Below are positions 63,029 to 64,000 of a DNA stretch of 64,000 nt, one piece after another (position 1 is the stretch's first letter; every line of letters starts with the position of its first letter). The notes below the pieces were generated by a model. It ran no database searches and had not been told where the DNA came from. It worked only from the letters and a program-made list of their open reading frames with translations. The stretch lies in NCBI GenBank assembly GCA_963803145.1, contig CAWDLW010000023.1:1-64000 (forward strand), given 5' to 3'. Made by a program: the position numbers and the translations under genes. The stretch comes from Methanotrichaceae archaeon (lineage in GTDB: Archaea; Halobacteriota; Methanosarcinia; Methanotrichales; Methanotrichaceae).

Positions 63029-63142
63029 AAGAGATCGAGAAGGAAAGCCACCAGCTTGCCCGGAAAATGTATAAGGTATCTTCTAGATAATATTCTCTTC
63101 ATAGCCGCAGTCAAAAAGAGATGGACTAAGAGCACTGAACTC
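63029..63142 (+). pseudogene. Fragment of the AbrB/PIN gene junction
   Basis: Matches 53370-53483 (aagagatcga...gactaagagcactga). Confidence 0.75.
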
Positions 63143-63226
63143 ACGGAGAGAGCACCATTATGCAATTCGTGAATCTACACCGTTAAGCTTTTTATAGTTC
63201 GCAGCTACATATGACATGGTGGTATT

Positions 63227-64000
63227 ATCACCCTCAGACTTATCTCAATATTAATTAGCTTCATCATAATTATTTCCCCAGCCGCATCGGTGGAGACGGT
63301 TATAACGGTGTCTGGGTCCACCTCAATGCTCCCTTTGATAGCTGCCGCTGCCGAGGCTTTCAATGATCTGCAGAAAGAGTATTTCGTTACAGTTACAGGA
63401 GGAGGCACGGTGCCTGGCATTACTAACACTGCAGAACGAAAAGATGACATAGCCATGGCATCCAGAGCGCTTACAGAGGAAGAGAAGTCTAATTATGGAA
63501 ATCGGTTCCAAGAGTTTCTCATAGGATATGGGGATATCGTAATAGCTGTAAGCCAGGCTGTTTATAATAAAGGAGTTACAGACCTTTCGAGTGAACAGGT
63601 TAAAAATATCTACCTGGGCAAGATAACCAATTGGAAAGGGGTAGGAGGCCCAGACCAAAATATCTATGCGATAGCCAGAATGAATGGCTCGGGAACCGGG
63701 GATATCTTTAATGAGGTCATTCTGGGAAATGTGAGCGCTGAGACACCTGGAGTTAGCACCAATACTTTATCGGATGGAGAGACCTATACGGCTATAAATG
63801 GGAGTGATAAAGCCATAGGGTACCTGGGACTAATCTATGCTCAGAGAGGCAACATTAAACCAATAGCTTTAGATGGCATTCAGCCAAGCGTTAATAGCTT
63901 GAGGAATGGCTCTTATAAGCTCACTACTAAGCTTTACTTATATACATATGGAGATCCTAGCCCTGGGGACAAGAAATTCATTGAATTTTTACTTAGTGCC
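63227..64000 (+). CDS. pstS: Second PstS-family phosphate-binding protein, runs off window (apparent ATC start; absent from ORF track)
   Basis: ITLRLISILISFIIIISPAASVETVITVSGSTSMLPL...DIAMASR...RMNGSGTG; homologous to 13974-14945. Confidence 0.82.
   Translation, partial: MTLRLISILISFIIIISPAASVETVITVSGSTSMLPLIAAAAEAFNDLQKEYFVTVTGGGTVPGITNTAERKDDIAMASRALTEEEKSNYGNRFQEFLIGYGDIVIAVSQAVYNKGVTDLSSEQVKNIYLGKITNWKGVGGPDQNIYAIARMNGSGTGDIFNEVILGNVSAETPGVSTNTLSDGETYTAINGSDKAIGYLGLIYAQRGNIKPIALDGIQPSVNSLRNGSYKLTTKLYLYTYGDPSPGDKKFIEFLLSA

Overview
Archaeal methanogen DNA, most consistent with Methanothrix/Methanotrichaceae (inferred from DP2 polymerase, methanogenesis markers 2 and 4, DGGGP synthase and a PGF-CTERM protein). 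1-34.4 kb is mostly housekeeping (gltX, dtdA, purB, polC, mtxX, phenylacetate-CoA ligase family, purLQS). It also holds a block of secreted-protein genes at 6-16.6 kb and a transporter flanked by a duplicated purS 3' end. 35-45.8 kb holds a pseudoprotease-WD40-KAP NTPase gene broken by two IS elements, plus further IS copies and a truncated TPR gene. The standout region is 45.8-59 kb: nine same-orientation copies of a ~108-bp GC-rich element with a covarying multi-stem fold separate small toxin-antitoxin and accessory modules. These modules are duplicated and re-ordered. The 5' and 3' halves of several repeats track their upstream and downstream neighbours, pointing to cassette shuffling by crossover inside the repeat. 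No integrase is visible and the repeat is not a canonical attC. Separately, four genes appear to start at ATC/ATT right after a Shine-Dalgarno motif. All calls come from reading the sequence; no database searches were run.
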